The notes under the pieces: model-generated
What the model saw: only the letters and a program-made list of their open reading frames with translations
Told to the model about the DNA's origin: nothing
Databases searched by the model: none
Part shown: piece by piece, positions 13,893-28,079 of the stretch
Layout: each line of letters starts with the position of its first letter
Position numbering within the stretch: the first letter of the stretch is position 1
From: Podarcis filfolensis
Taxonomy: Eukaryota
Assembly: GCA_964270895.1 (NCBI GenBank)
Contig: OZ185439.1
Reading direction: 5' to 3' (one strand)
DNA length: 64,000 bases
Position numbers and translations under genes: made by a program

Positions 13893-15664
13893 TATTGGTT
13901 AATGGCTTTGGCTACTGGTTGCTCTGAGGGGGTTTCTGCCTTGGCTTCTAAACTTCATCCCCTCCCCCATTTGCCCATCTTATACTTATACTGATATGCT
14001 TGTTTTTCAATTTAAGAAGTAATTTGCTGTCGGATACTGTGCTATATACTTTGCTTAAAGGCACAGAAGATAAGATCAACTCTGTTTCCTTTGTCCAATA
14101 TAAAGTTTGGTCTCTATTTTTGCATTCTTGCTGACTTGCATCTCATTGCTCTTCTAATAAGCTTGGGAAGCAGCCTAAATCATAGATACTTCCTGTAACT
14201 GGAATCATTCTAAGCTTACAATTAATGGAACTTGTTCTGTGTAGCTAGACCCACTTTCAAATAAATCCAGAATAATGTACAAACTAGAAATACTTAACTG
14301 AAAAGAGCTGAAAGTTCAAATGACGGTTAGAAATTATTCCCAGTAAGCTTAATTTAACTAAGCCAATAATACACCTTAAACTTCTTTTGAGCTCAAATTA
14401 CTTTAATGAAGGTGTTAATTACTGAGGGATTAACACTACTTCCAAGTGATAATGGATGGAGTCCATCAATAGTGGGTTAGAATAATATGGTTTTAGGGAA
14501 CACAAGAATCTACCAAAGGATTACTTGCCAGGAATGGATGCTATTTCAAAGTAGAGGCAGGTCATAAGTGATGTGTGTTTTTCCCCTTAAATCACAGCAG
14601 GCTTGAATGAGGGAAAGAAATTATCTCTCCATTGTGAGGGCAAAATATTTCTCTTTTTGGCACAGTTCAACAAAAGCAAAAATAACTGAATTTATCAATC
14701 CCTAATAGCTTTAGCTGACAGGATGCCAAAGGCAACTCATTCATGAAGTCAATATTGGAAAGATATGGGGAAATTAAAATAATCATCTACCTGTACATGG
14801 AAGTGTCATTTACATATTTTTAAAATGTACTGCGTAGGGAAGACAGCAGGTACAGAGTTCTAGAGTGAAAAGCAGCAATTCAATCTTACAATTTAACCAT
14901 TTAAAATTTATAGCCATTAAGATTGCATGCTAAATTTCAAGCATTTGTTCACCTGAAAGTATTAATGGAACACAGCCAGTCACGACTGCTCACCTAAGTG
15001 TTCCTTTTTGTTTCTAAAGGTGGAAGCAAAGAGATTCCACGGACCTCTTGCGTGGTATCTGCAGGGATCCACCCTATCAATATTTGCTGATGACTCTTCT
15101 CCAGACAAAGTTCCTATAGTGACAGTGGTTACCAAGTAACTGAACTGCAATTGTGAGCTGCACAGGAGAAATCCAACCCAACCCAATCATGATAAGATGG
15201 AAGTCATGTTGACTGACCAGCCCTGTTACCTCAGGGAGATTGCAGTTCCCCTCATACTGGGTCACCTTTCCCTGTCACTCAGGTTCATTGCCTTGGAAGC
15301 TGTTGGATCTTAGCACTTCACCCGCCTTCTGGAGAGGCTTTCTGTATCTGCCATAGATTGTAGGAAGGACTACAGTGTGTCAAAACATCTGGTTTCAGTG
15401 CTTTGGTATATCAGTCAGCACAAGATGCCTCAGAGGAATTGCCAGGACTTACTAAATACCAGATGTGCTGAATCCCTGTTCTTTCTCAAACCACTCGTAC
15501 TGGGCTTAATGGCCACTGAATTCAATCTAGTGCCAGCTGGCTACTCATGCTATCAAGTTTTAGTGTTCCTAATTCAAGGTTTGCTATTAGTGGTGCTGGA
15601 AAATAACAGTCTCTACTGTCTGCTTATGCTGCTCTACTTACTAAAGTTACTGGAGTCTCAAGTG

Positions 15665-15960
15665 ACTTCTGTGTGGTTGAGAGTGCTTACGACCAGTTTA
15701 GGCTGGTTCACCAGCAATGGCTGTTCGTGGACCAGGATAGCCTAGCCCCAGTTGTCCACATTTTGGTGACCTCCCGTCTGGAGCGCCGTAATGTGCTCTG
15801 TGTGGGGCAGCTCTTGAAGGCAGCCCAGAGGCAGCAGCTAGTTGCAGAACCTAGCTGGTGGGTTGTTAAGCAGAGCAGCCTGATAGGACTTTGTGTCACC
15901 AGTCCTGAAAGCACAACAAGTGGCTACCGGGTCCAAAACGTTAGTATAGCAACGTTCTGG
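15665..15960 (+). mobile_element. L2 LINE ORF2 C-terminal fragment, degraded
   Basis: ORF 15673-15966 (SAYDQFRLVHQ...DQDSLAPVVHILVTSRLE..NVLCVG..LK) resembles the L2-clade post-RT motif AFxxLRLxxxLR...LxxLVxALVTSRLDYCN. Confidence 0.75.
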
Positions 15961-16424
15961 GGATAGTGCTTAAAACCAAAATGGTGTGTAGTCAAAACAC
16001 AATGGGTGCAATGGCAAGTGGGATTGCAACTTACCTAAATGCCTGTAAGTTGCAGGCTTACTGTACCCACTTAAGTTGCAGGCTTACTGTACTGTACTGT
16101 CAGCTAAAGGGCTCTGGGCCCAAGTTCTTTATAAAGCAGTCTCAACCATCTTGGGCCTTACAATGAGCAAGGAAGGCACTGTTGGTGGTGTCATCCCTGA
16201 GTGCTGCCCATTTGGCATTGGCCTATATCTGTCCTTCTCATTATTAATGTTTAGGAGCAACTTATAAACATTCCTGTTTACCCAGGCCTTTGATGGCTGA
16301 ATGGTAATCTTGAAGTTGTTGACTGTGAGGGTATGTGGTTTGTTAGTGTGTTTTTTTACATGTTTTTGTTTCATTTTGAATTGTTAGTAGAAGAGCTTTG
16401 ACTAATAGAGCCATCTACTTTGCT

Positions 16425-16505
16425 GTAGATGTTCAATCCCTGGCATCTTCAGGTGGGGCTGGGAGAGTTCATTGGCAGAAACCCTGGAGACCCACTGCCA
16501 GTGAC
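16425..16505 (+). mobile_element. SINE-like fragment (family with ...gctgccagtcagtgtagac...ggtataaggcag end)
   Basis: gttcaatccctggcatcttcaggtggggctgggagag...accctggagacccactgccagt; related copies at 26110-26270 and 42765-42885. Confidence 0.55.
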
Positions 16506-17084
16506 CGCCTTTAAAAACAAAAAACATGATGTTTGCCTCATTATGCCAATAAAGGCTGAATGAGTGAATGAATAACCGTTTGCTGCCTTGGGCTCCTTTG
16601 GAAGAAAGAGCAGGCTAGAAATTTAATAAATAAAAAAAACTAACTACTGTTTGCTATCTTTTTTTTGTTACTATACTGAAGACAGACTGACTAAATGTGG
16701 AAAATATTCAGTAGTTTTTGAGGTATTAACATTAGTCACTGAAGTTTGTAATGCTGCTTGCAAGCCTGCAATCAAATAGGTTTGATCAAAGTTTTAATAA
16801 TTTGATATATTGTAGGAACTGCTTCAATAAAACATTGTAGTCCCAAAAGTTACTTTTTTATTATACTTTATTTCTTTTTATTTATATACTGTGTATATGC
16901 CAAAATGTCTTCTAAGTGGTTTACAACTATATAATAAAATTGTAATGCTGTTGTCATGTTGCAATTCACATGGCCATTAATAGGCCACAGCAACTCCAGT
17001 GTGTGAACCCAAACATCAGGCATCCATGTTGTGAAAGAACCCATTTCTTTCATTAAGTTTTTTATAGGCAAAGTTTTTGCTGAG

Positions 17085-17120
<36 letters not shown>

Positions 17121-18951
17121 AACTTTTACAGTGTAAAGCCTATAATGTCTACCTGGAAGTAAGCCCTGTTGAATTCAGTGGGATTTAGTCCCTGTCAAGT
17201 GTTCATACTATATTCCAAATGAGCAATTGAAGCTTAAACCTGATGTTTTTGGGGCTGGAATACTATATCTACTTTTACCTGGGAATAAACATTGTGGAAC
17301 TCAATAGGACGTCCTTCTAAGTCAACATGTATAAGATTGCACTGTCTGTGGTTTTCCCAGCAATTTGTCTAAACTGATTTAAACCCCAGTTTGTTACATT
17401 ACCCATTTATTTGTCAAACATAACAGCAAAGGGATATAAATTGTGTTAATTAACACAAAATTAAATAAAGATGTGACTTTGCAGCAACATTTCCCCTCCC
17501 CAACAGTTGTGGATTATTGCAACTCTTCTGATGAGTAGAGAGTGAAATATGTTTGGAATTTGTCCATGCACTGTTTTAAAGTTTGCGTTGTAAGTTCTGG
17601 AAAATGGTGACCTAAAACACTACTAATCCAACCAACTTTTACCTCTAAAATTGTTTTGTTGCTTTGTGCAAAAGGACTCTGTGTACAGGCTAACGGGCTA
17701 CACAGAAACAACTTGTCCAGACCCCTTGCCCTTTGAAAACTGTCTGCCAGACGGCTCCTTTTCAAGCTGTAAACTCAAAAAGACAGTTCTTTTGCCACCG
17801 GTCCAGCTTATTCTTTAATGATGAGAAAGGAGGCACTACAATTAAACAATGTTTCTTTGTCTTTGTATTCAGGGTTGCTATAGCATAAGTGGTGCCTGCC
17901 TTACTCGATTTTATCAACCTTGCGACTTTCTATGACCTTTCTTTAGAAAAAAATAATAATGCTTGACTTCTAAAACAGGATTAGCAAAAGTTGTAGCATC
18001 AAAATATTTTCTGGGTATTCTAGCAGAGCAACCGCCTTGTTTGCACAATTCCTACCTAACATCCTGCATTCTCCCCTACCCCCCACCCCTTGCATACGGT
18101 CCTCAGTTCATTTGAAGTCCTAAGGAATTAGCAGTATATAATATAACAAGACCAGGCATCTCTCAGAATTTACCTCAAGGTCTAGATTTAAAGAAAGCAC
18201 TCTGCCCTTTGGGGGAATTTAGGTTGTTAAGGATTAGTATGAACCCAAATAACTTTTGACTTTTTCAGAGCAGAACAATTCCCTGTGGTTCAGCTGTCAT
18301 AACCCCTGAGTTTATGTATTTATATACACTTACAAATGTGTGAGAGATTATATCCCCATTATAGTGACAGCTAATATCTTCACTTAAGGATGTCAATTTG
18401 AAACAGATGTACATATCTTAAAAGGAAAGTAAGGGCAATCTATTGTTAATGTTCAGACTTTAACTGCAGTATCTAAATAGATTTTACTATTGATTTTTTT
18501 TTAAAAAATGCATTCCTGTTAATGTGATTGTCCTGTTCTGATATTTATAGCTAATGTACCTCACAGTGTTTAGTAGATCAGTTTAAGACTCTATTGACAC
18601 TTAAGATGAAACTACAAAGTCTGATGAAATATATCTTGGAAAATACATCCCTCCTGATACATTTGACGTATCCCACCCCAATTAACATTGTTTTAGTTGT
18701 GCTTTATGCATAGGAACAATTTGTCCTTGTTATAAACTACATATTGTCAGGGAGAATATCTGGATTTTAGTAAGACTGATGTATCTGAACGTACGTAAAG
18801 AAACAATGAAGAAACTGGACAGAACACACATACCCCCTTTCTCTCTGTTTCTAAAACATTATCTTCATCATTCCATAGACCTGTTCCTTTGGAGAGGGAG
18901 GGACTTTTTCCTTTTACTCATTTACATTTCTTGCCTGCCCTTCCTTCTAAG

Positions 18952-19083
18952 GCATGAATGGGGAACTTTTAGCCCTCCAGAAGTTGTTGAACATCCACCA
19001 GCCGCAGTAAATACAGCCATTGGCCAGGGATGATGGGAGTTTGAGTTCAGCAACATCTGGAGGACCAGAAGCTCTCTACACCT
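18952..19083. mobile_element. hAT-type MITE (ccctccagatgtt / aacatctggaggg family)
   Basis: Inverted subterminal motifs gccctccagaagttgttg ... agcaacatctggagga and core ggccagggatgatgggagtt, shared with the copies at 45.6 kb and 50.6-51.3 kb. Confidence 0.7.
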
Positions 19084-22000
19084 GTCATAAGCCATTCAGG
19101 TTAACAGATAGAGAGGTTTGGAGAGCCAAATCCCCTGGACCTGAGGTTCCCTACCCCTAGACTAACATCTGTCTGCTACAGTGACCCAGAGCTTCCAGTG
19201 CAGAACAGCAGCTGGAACATCTGAAATCTTATGAATGCCTTTGCCCCTCTCTAGTAACCCTTGTCTGTTTTGTTGTCAGATGCTTCAAGAACCTTGGTTA
19301 GTAAATGGTGTATAAATATTCTGAAACATTTAGCAATCTAAACCTACAGGGCTCAACAGGTAGTTGAAAGACTCTTTTACTTGAGTGCTGCTGGTTTCCT
19401 TGTTCATTGACTACAGTTTTGAATGGGTTTGTGTTGTGCCGTGTTTGAGACAGCATTAATCCCATATTCAGTTCTCTGTCAAATTCTGTATGTAATGGCT
19501 CTGAAATGTTTTCTGATTAAAGCAAGGATGCTAGCCATATTCGTTGTTGGCCAAAAAAAATATAAAATTGTCTTGCATATAAAGACATAAAGTCTCATAG
19601 CGAACATAGTTCACAATTGCATATGTTTAGCAGCGGTTACTTTAGGAGGAAACGTTGGCCAGCCTTTTAGGTTTTTAATTAAGAAGGTCACAATCAATTA
19701 TAGCTGAATTTCAAAGAATTTAGCAATTAGCTGTAATCTGCAGTTCCCAGCGGGAGGCTTTCATACTATTAAAAAGAGATTGTTTCCATCTCTGATCAAA
19801 GCCAAAATAAAACTAACAAGATTATAAAATATTTTGTGTGTCTTATGCAGCACACTATACCGCTGTGTTAGTGATCGGGGTTTTCTTTTATTTTTTAATG
19901 CTATCTTTTGGTTTGATTTATTTTTTAACATTTTATGTGTAGGGGCCAGTACTTCATGAATGGTGACAACTTATCTGTTCCGTTAAGCAAGTGGAGCAAT
20001 TTGGCCTTTTCCTTTTCCCTTTTTTTAAAAAGAGTATGTGAATAGCTTTGAATATTTTAAAGTAAATAATAAAAATGCAGTCTACGGTAACCTAAAGTTT
20101 TTGACATAAGTATTCATGTCATCGAAGTTAAAGTAAGCTGAATTGATGGGTTCTTTCAACAATCTAGGGTATGTGCCGAGTTTTGTACTTTTTTTTAAAA
20201 AAAGTTCTAATTTGCACTTTCCAATGAATTTAAACTTTCTAGATTTGTACCTACTTAAAAGAATGTTTGTGACCTTTTGACCCTTTTGTTATCCCTAATT
20301 CAGAAAGGCCTTTATTCTGTAAAAGCTTAGGTATTAAAAAAGAAAGAAAGAAGAGCGAAAAAGGGGGGGGGGAGACGTTAATGGCATAACAGTCCTTTCT
20401 GGTCATCCTGTGTAAGATGTTTATGCAAAATGTCAATAGAAGCAATTGGCCTAACAGTGTGACAACTTACTTTGCTTGGAAATGGGCTAATCTCCTGTTT
20501 GGGTTATCCAGAGGTCAGGTAGGGATTTCTTTCCTCGCTCCCCATAGTGCAGGGCTATACACTTTTACAAGCTTTGTTGGGCTGAGGCCCAAATCTTCCC
20601 TACCCTGATGAGTCCCGGTTATCTGCCAAGGAAAACAACATTCTTATCCCTTAGCACTGCAAGTAAGCCCCGTTTATTTTAATGGAGCTTGTTTCCAAAT
20701 AAAAGTGCGCCTTGGATCTCAACTTCGGTGTGCATTTAGTTACCCCTGAACGTGCACCTCCCTTTTGCATGCAAAGGATGCATTCACCCCACAACTAATG
20801 GGCAATTTTTATCCTCCTTTATTATGTTAAGTTAAGCGGCAGAAACCCTGTCCCATTAACAAACTCAGAGGGGAGTGGGTGTGCATATTTATACAAGTAC
20901 CTGAGTTTAGGATTGGAGTGCCAAACATACATGTTTTCTGCCCCTTGAAAATGGTTCTGCTTTAACATGTGCTTCCTTTGCTTCTAGAGGGGGACTAGCT
21001 GATATTATCATCCATTCTTTCAAAGAATTCATTAGAGGCCTAGTCCTGTCCCTTCCTGAAGTTCATGTGGAAATCCCCCCCCCCCCCCATCAAACATTGT
21101 CGTCCTTCAGAGCTTGCCACCACTGCCCTGTCACAGCAGGCTGGAACTCAATAAGTGCTCAGGCAAGCATGGAGGGCCATGAAATAGGCCTTGGCAGGTT
21201 GCATGCTGTGAACTCCTGGCTCAGTGAATCAGCTTCTGTGTGTTTTTATAACAGCCTTTTTTCCCCTCTGTTAATTACGCCCAGAGGCTGTGGAAAGGCA
21301 GCATTTACCTGTTGAAACAGACTAAGCAGCAAGTGTTCTGACATGTTTATCAGGCAAATTGTATCTGACAAAAGGTAATTACACATGCAATCAGGTCTAG
21401 AAGTATCTGATTGATTACAGGTTAATAATAAAACTGTTTAGCATTGGGTACAATTTTTTGGTTGGAGGAAAGTTGTGTAAATCTGAATAACTAGTACTCA
21501 AGGGTATAAATATTTGGGGATGTGGACTTTAACTCATAACCTTTTTAAACAACAACAACAACAGCAGCAGATATTCAACTTAAAACTTCTATTGGACAAC
21601 TTCTTTGTGGACATTTCAGTCCATTTCTGTTAATTAAAATTAATCTGCGAATGAGCTTCTCGCTGTATATAGAATCTTATCTTCTTTAATTATTTTGGAG
21701 TTTGATCATGAATGAATCCAGCACATATGGCATTTCCATTGTTGCTTTTCTTTCCCAGCCAACTGTCTTGAAGGAGCTGTACTCCTCAAAGGACTATCTA
21801 CAAAGAATACTGTGTGGTTTTTATGTGTGGGACTTGAATATACCTGAAAGAGCAGGCTAGTGGGACATCACTATATGTGGAGTAGCTTACACATGACTGT
21901 GTTCCTATATAGTGCATCACAGTGAGTTTCTCATTTATACATTAAAAAGTTGACATTCAGTGCAAGGTCACCTATGTCTGAAGAATAGCTGAAATGTTGG

Positions 22001-23679
22001 CCAAAATCACTTAAGGACAATGAGAGTTAACAAATAATCTGGATAAAAATTCAGCCTTGTACCTACAGTCTTCAAACTGAACCTAAAGGAGTCTAGTGAC
22101 AGGAAAGAAAATCCTAAACCACAAAGGTTATTCAAAGCAAGCAACAAATGCCCTTTTTATCTTGCAACTAAATCGCTGAGTGGTGTATTTGAAGATGTGA
22201 ATTAGGTTCAAATAGTGGGGCACATAACTTGGGGTCAGCTATAGGAATTCCTCACACAAATGTCTTCCCACATATTCTTTTGTTCTTTTGATACTAGTCA
22301 GGCTGCAGGGTTCAGCCTTAGCTCTTTGAGGGTTCAAATAGCAGGGAGTTAACTCATTACTGGGCAGCCGATACAACAAATGGATTTCCAAGCACCCATA
22401 TGTTAGAAAGGAACAGAACTTTTAAAAATATAGCTAATTCAACGACTTCTCTTGGATCTAGCACTTACCCCCATGCCTTGCACGAAGATGCCTTTTTAAT
22501 TTATGGGATCAGGTTTACCAGATTGTCTCTTGACCATCCAGTAGCTGAGATAACTATTCTTATAATATAGACAGACTAGCAGAATGTCAGTCCTAAGCAT
22601 ATTACAGGGAAACAATTGCCACTGATTTCAACCAGTGCATTGGGAACGAATCATTATTAGAAAATATTATTTTAAAATGCAGTTGTGTTCAAATCCTATG
22701 TATAAAAGCCATGTACAATTCTTTGTAGATGTTCTCTCACGGAGAGTATTTGATTGTATTTTTATTTATTGTTATAAATTAATAGGCACACCAGGACCTT
22801 TGCAGTGAATAATACTTACAGTACTAAGCATAATGCAATGAAGACAACAAAATGTTTGTTAAAATTTTAATGGTATTAAAATCAGAAACTTTAGAGGAAC
22901 TTTTATAAAGGAAAAATGATTTTCATCAGATCTAGGGCAAACAAGTTATAAGGAGAGATGTATAGAAAATAATAAGTCTTTTAATAGAGGTTTAATGTAC
23001 TTAGACTTTTGTTAAAAACATTTATTACACTTATTACACTATTTTTTTAATACTTTTTTATTTAGTTAGTTTATATAGGACCATTGTATTGTAGCATTCA
23101 AGGGAACTTGCATTAATCTTTGAAAAACAACAAATCCAATTACAAATGTGGCAAATTATATTAGGAGCAGATTGAAACAAATCCACCAACTTAAAAACAT
23201 AAAAACCATGACAATGACCATTTAAAGCAATTAAGACACCTGGGTGGCTCCAGTTAGCCACTGAGAAAATAATACGTTACATTAAAGGCACAATCTTATA
23301 ATTGAGGTCCACTAGCTGAAGGACTTTACCTGCAGGTACCTACTGTGCTGGCCAATGGTGCATCTCCATCTTGTGGAACAGTTGCTGGCATAGTGCTCTG
23401 TTGGCAGAGCTGGAATAGCTCTGCCAGCAAACTTACACTGGCAGCATAGCTAAAGATGTGGAGCTAAATGGTGGAGTTGCTGCTTGCAGGAAGCGCGAAG
23501 CTTGCAGGAAGTGAGAGTGGGAGGCGCAAGGCAACAAGGAAGGTGGCGCTGTGCGAACGCCTAGGTAGAGCTAACATCGTGTTCCTGCTGGTATGTTTGC
23601 ACAGTGCTGACCTCCCTGTCTGCAGAAGGTCAAATAAGAACCACCACCACTCCCCACCCCACCATTCATTACTTTTATA

Positions 23680-24040
23680 TATATATTTTAATAATTATTT
23701 TCCAATATACACCCAATAATAGCCAAATTATAACAATAACAATTAATTCCTAAATTATATAATTATCAAAATGCCAATCAACTTCCAATTAATACATTTT
23801 AGTTAAAGTGACTCTTGTATGATGGTTTGGGTGCATTTCCGATCTTATATAACTGTTTTCCATGTCAATTACATTTCAGTTAAAACAATAATCCATTAGT
23901 CAACAGCTACATATTTAATGATTTCCATTTGTCATGTTACAATATGTAAATCTATAGCTTCAAGTGAGGAACTCAAACTATTATCTTCATTCTCCCCTGT
24001 GTGTGAAAACTGTTATGTTCATGGAGATTCTTTCTGTCCA
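23680..24040 (-). mobile_element. possible degraded L1-like LINE 3' region
   Basis: AT-rich tract. The minus strand gives DKWKSL.., loosely like L1 ORF2 C-termini, and it is interrupted by the MITE at 24045. Weak. Confidence 0.3.
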
Positions 24041-24044
24041 CATA

Positions 24045-24270
24045 CAGTGGTAAGAACAGCTTAGTTTATGAAGAACTTGGATTTAGAACGCTGCAAACCC
24101 GAAGTAGGTGTTTTGGTTTGTGAACTTTGCCTTGGAATAAGAACATGTTTCGCTTCCTGTTGAGTGTGTTCCATTTGTAAATTGAGTCCCCCGCTGCAAT
24201 GGGAAAGCACGGCTTGGTTTAAGAACGGACTTCCAGTACGGTTTAAGTTCGTAAACCTGTTTGTAAACCT
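24045..24270. mobile_element. Tigger-like MITE, right end degraded
   Basis: Starts TA|CAGTGGTA. Internal ggtttaagaac motifs are shared with the other two copies. The right TIR is not recognisable. Confidence 0.55.
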
Positions 24271-26109
24271 GTATGGTGTCTCTTTCACTTCCCAGCTGTT
24301 GTTTTCTCCAATCATGACTTGGAGAGGAACTGAATCTTGAAGTTTTTCAGAGGTCTTATCTCTCCATCCCTTGCTTCAATGTCTCAGAACAGGCGACCTT
24401 TATAAACCATTCTGTCTCACTAGTAAAACATGTCACAGATCTTCATCATTTCCCCCTCAGCCTAGGAAAAGGTGGGCAGTTTTCGAACGCACTGAAGATT
24501 TAATACTCCTTTCCAACTCCCAGAATCTCTGCAGCATTCTTATCACAGCCCCCAAATTATTTTCCTTCAGCTAGAGGTTTATGGCCCAATTAAACATTAT
24601 TTTGGATTGCTTTCCATCAGTAGCACAAACAAATCTCAGTCTCTTTTTCCTTGTCTTTTGTTTTTAATTGGAGGTGAGGGGAATTATGCTGTCTTTCCAA
24701 CAGTCATACTTGAGCTTCCCCTCCTTTCTTCATTTCAGATCACACACAGTTTTCCCACAGTTCATATCAATATTACTCCCACGTTCCTTCCTCACTTGCA
24801 AATATCTTTTTGCCTTGTATTCTGGAGAGGGTTGCTGAATCCTAAATATATAAAAGAGACTTGGAATAAACAAACCGTGGGCTTCCCTCTCCCCAACTGA
24901 CTCTCACACTGAATAAAACCTTATCTCGATTCAAACCTTTGATTCTTTGATCCATGTAGCCAGCACTTTTTTTCTGGGGGGATGCATACCCCTAAACATT
25001 TTGTGAATCTAAGTTTGCCCTCATTGAGGGGCAGTATTTCAATATGAGTAGGAAAATGAGAGTACCCCTAAACATTTTTTTAGAATGTATGTAGCTGATA
25101 TGTTCCATAATGTGCTGCTGCAACCGTTTTCCATCACACACTGGTACTTTAAAGTCATTTAAAATGTCAATTAAACAGAGAACCTCTGTTCCTTAATGGT
25201 GGCGTAGGAGGCTTTTCACCAGGCGAAGTGCTTTTGCACTCAGCACCTCCCTGCCTCCCACATTCCATGCCGGAGCAAGAGCCAGGTACCGAGACAAACT
25301 GTGAGTGAAGCCCATTCCCCCCAGTCCCTGGGGGGAATTTGCAAGGGTGATTTACCCTCTGCCATCCTTGCTTTCTGTTCACCGACGATCCCCCGCCCCT
25401 GTCATGGGAGCTACCTCCATTAAGGCAGGTGGGACCGGAAGCCCCCACCATTGCTACTAGTACAATCATGGGTGGTGCATGGAAGGAGCTCCCTCTCCCA
25501 CTGCATATGATCCTCCTCCATTTCATAGCCATGCTTCTGTTGATAGTTCAACTATACCCCAGACCTGTTGCAAGAAATTTCCCTCCCATGATACGCTCAA
25601 AAGGGATTATTTACAGATGGCGTATCTTTTTCCATAGGAGGAGGCGGTAGCTTGAGTTATTGCTCTTTTTCCATTTGACATTTATATTGATAGTATAGTA
25701 GTCAATTTAGAAGGGCTTCATTTCCTACCTGTTTTCTCTTAGGCTACTTTGAATTCATGCCGACGATATGATTGTAGTGTCCCATTCGTCAACAGGCATC
25801 AGATGCCTGCTTGGAAGTCTTGGGCACTTCCTTGTGTAGGTGAGCAACTTGTCATAAATTATTATTATTATTGAAAGTTCAGTCTGTTTACCTATGCCAA
25901 GCTTATGGTGGGGAGGAACAGAATACGGGAGAGGTTAGGGTGGCAGCTGTAAAATGTTGGAAGCTAATCCCCCTCCCTCCGCTCAGAATTAAAGAGTTCT
26001 GCATTTAAGGCGAGAGGGTGGTGAGAATGTCAAACCACTGGAAAGTAAGAGAATGAGTCCCCTCTCTTCCAAGTATTATACCAGCCTTTTTAGTGAGAGG
26101 AGAAGAACT

Positions 26110-26270
26110 GGACAGGAAACATCCCTGACATCTCCAGGAGGTAGAGCTGGAAGAGACAGTCTCCTTGTCTGAGGGCTGCTGCCAGTCAGTGTGAGCGTAA
26201 TTGAGCCAAATGGACCAATGAACTGTCTTGGTATATAAGGCAGGTTCTTAAAATGGAAGCTCATAGCAAA
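26110..26270 (+). mobile_element. SINE-like fragment, same family as 16425 and 42765
   Basis: catccctgacatctccagg...gctgctgccagtcagtgtgag...gagccaaatggaccaatga...ggtatataaggcaggttc. Confidence 0.55.
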
Positions 26271-28030
26271 GCTCTGACCGTTGGGATTAAGAACATGCCA
26301 GGAACTGTTCGCAAGGTTGACAAGCTGTGTTTTGATGGAGCAAATCCAAAAACAAAACAAAAAATAACACCACCAGGATTGCTTAAAAGCTCATGATTAT
26401 GGCAAGCTTATAAATTCGTTCAGCAAAATTGTTTGCTCTGCTTATGAATAATCCAAGGGCCGACAGAGAACCCTTCTCCCAGAGCATCAAAGACACAGTA
26501 ACAAAAGCAGATTTAGCCATAATTTTGTTTCATGCAGACCTGGGACTTTTGGAAGACCATTTCAGATGCGGCTGAATGTGAGAGATCTTGAAATCCAGGA
26601 AATCTTTTCCTTATTTCGATTTTCAGACTCTGAAATCTTCAGTAACTCTAAGACGAATGTGGTCAGAGAATGTGTACCTGTGGTTTAGTAATTTAGCCCA
26701 TTATTTCCTATTCCTTCTACATTATGTAGCATTATCTGCCACTTTTGTTGCATTAAATTGGACTTCACACTTCCGTTACCTTTTTGGTGTCTTAAAAGAA
26801 TAAATGCACGCGAATGTGCCTTTCAGGTTTAGCTAAGCATTGCTTAGGAAAGATGGACATCCTAAAACCTCATTCTTTGATTATGCAAAACATGCCTGCA
26901 TATAATGCCTTTTTTCTAGCGTCTTTTAAAGTATGTATAGATTCTGTGTGTTTCCTTTACTATGATATTACTTGCCCCTCTATTCTTGTCCTTCTCTAGC
27001 TGTCTGTTTTGTTAGGTGCAATAAGAAAATGAATCCTGAGAGGACAGATAACATTAATTTCCCATTAATTGTCTTAATTTCCCCCCATCTTTTCTTTGTC
27101 TGACATACCATTAATGCAGTTGCTTTCCTGAGAAATGCATTGAATTTGAGAGGGGTAATGAAGTTGCAGCAGGCTCCTTCCATCTATGGAAAATGATGAT
27201 CTTAACCTGCACATCTAGCAAGTCATCAGTGGTTGGATCCAGAGGAAGTTAGCCATGCTTTAGTTCTTCCAAAATCAGTGGGACTCAAGTTGTTATGAGT
27301 AGTGCATAACTAACTTCCTTCCCCAATACATTTAGCATACATTTAGGCAGTTAAGGGAAAGCACTTTTTGAAAAAGCAACTCCAAGTAAATACTTTAAAG
27401 TTAACACTGTGTCCCAGAGCCAACATTTGCTAATGTGGAAAGGCTCAAAACTGGGAACTAGTGTAGAGCACAACCATGTTAGTAGCACCTGTATTCACAC
27501 CAACTAGATCTGTGTGCCACAGTCTGGGAAACAATTAAGACAAAAGTTCAAAACACTGACATCCCCATAAACAATTGTAAGCTGGTGTATATATTTTTGG
27601 CAGAGGTATCTGCCTTATGATTGGACTTGCCCTCAAATTCTTTTCCTGTTCCACCTTTATATTAATTACAGGACTTAAATCTCCTAGGATTATATGCCTC
27701 TACTGTTTCAGTGGAAATGATCATGTGCACTCTGTTTCCTCTGATGAATTCTGAGTCACAGTAGCATCTTGAGCCAAATCAGAAAAGATTACAGGCATTA
27801 CGTCATGTACATCTTCAAGAACACAACTACACACACACAGTGTCTAATTTACAAATATATAAACACACACACACACACACACACACATGCATATTCCCAC
27901 ACATTCTCTCTTACACAAACACTCCTATATTGATGTATGTTTTTGTTATTGCTGGTTTTATAACTTTTTTTAAAAAAACTTTGGTTATCTTATTATGGAA
28001 ACTCGATTGAGTTTTTACCCCCAAAGATGG

Positions 28031-28032
<2 letters not shown>

Positions 28033-28072
<40 letters not shown>
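28033..28072. repeat. (TA)n microsatellite
   Basis: Direct reading. Confidence 0.95.

Positions 28073-28079
<7 letters not shown>

Noticed and set aside
16046-16092. Short tandem duplication (taagttgcaggcttactgtac twice); similar small duplications at ~32850 and ~51365, considered as a CRISPR-like or organised array
   Set aside because: Only two units each, no spacer array, and the genome is eukaryotic; these are ordinary slippage or repair duplications.
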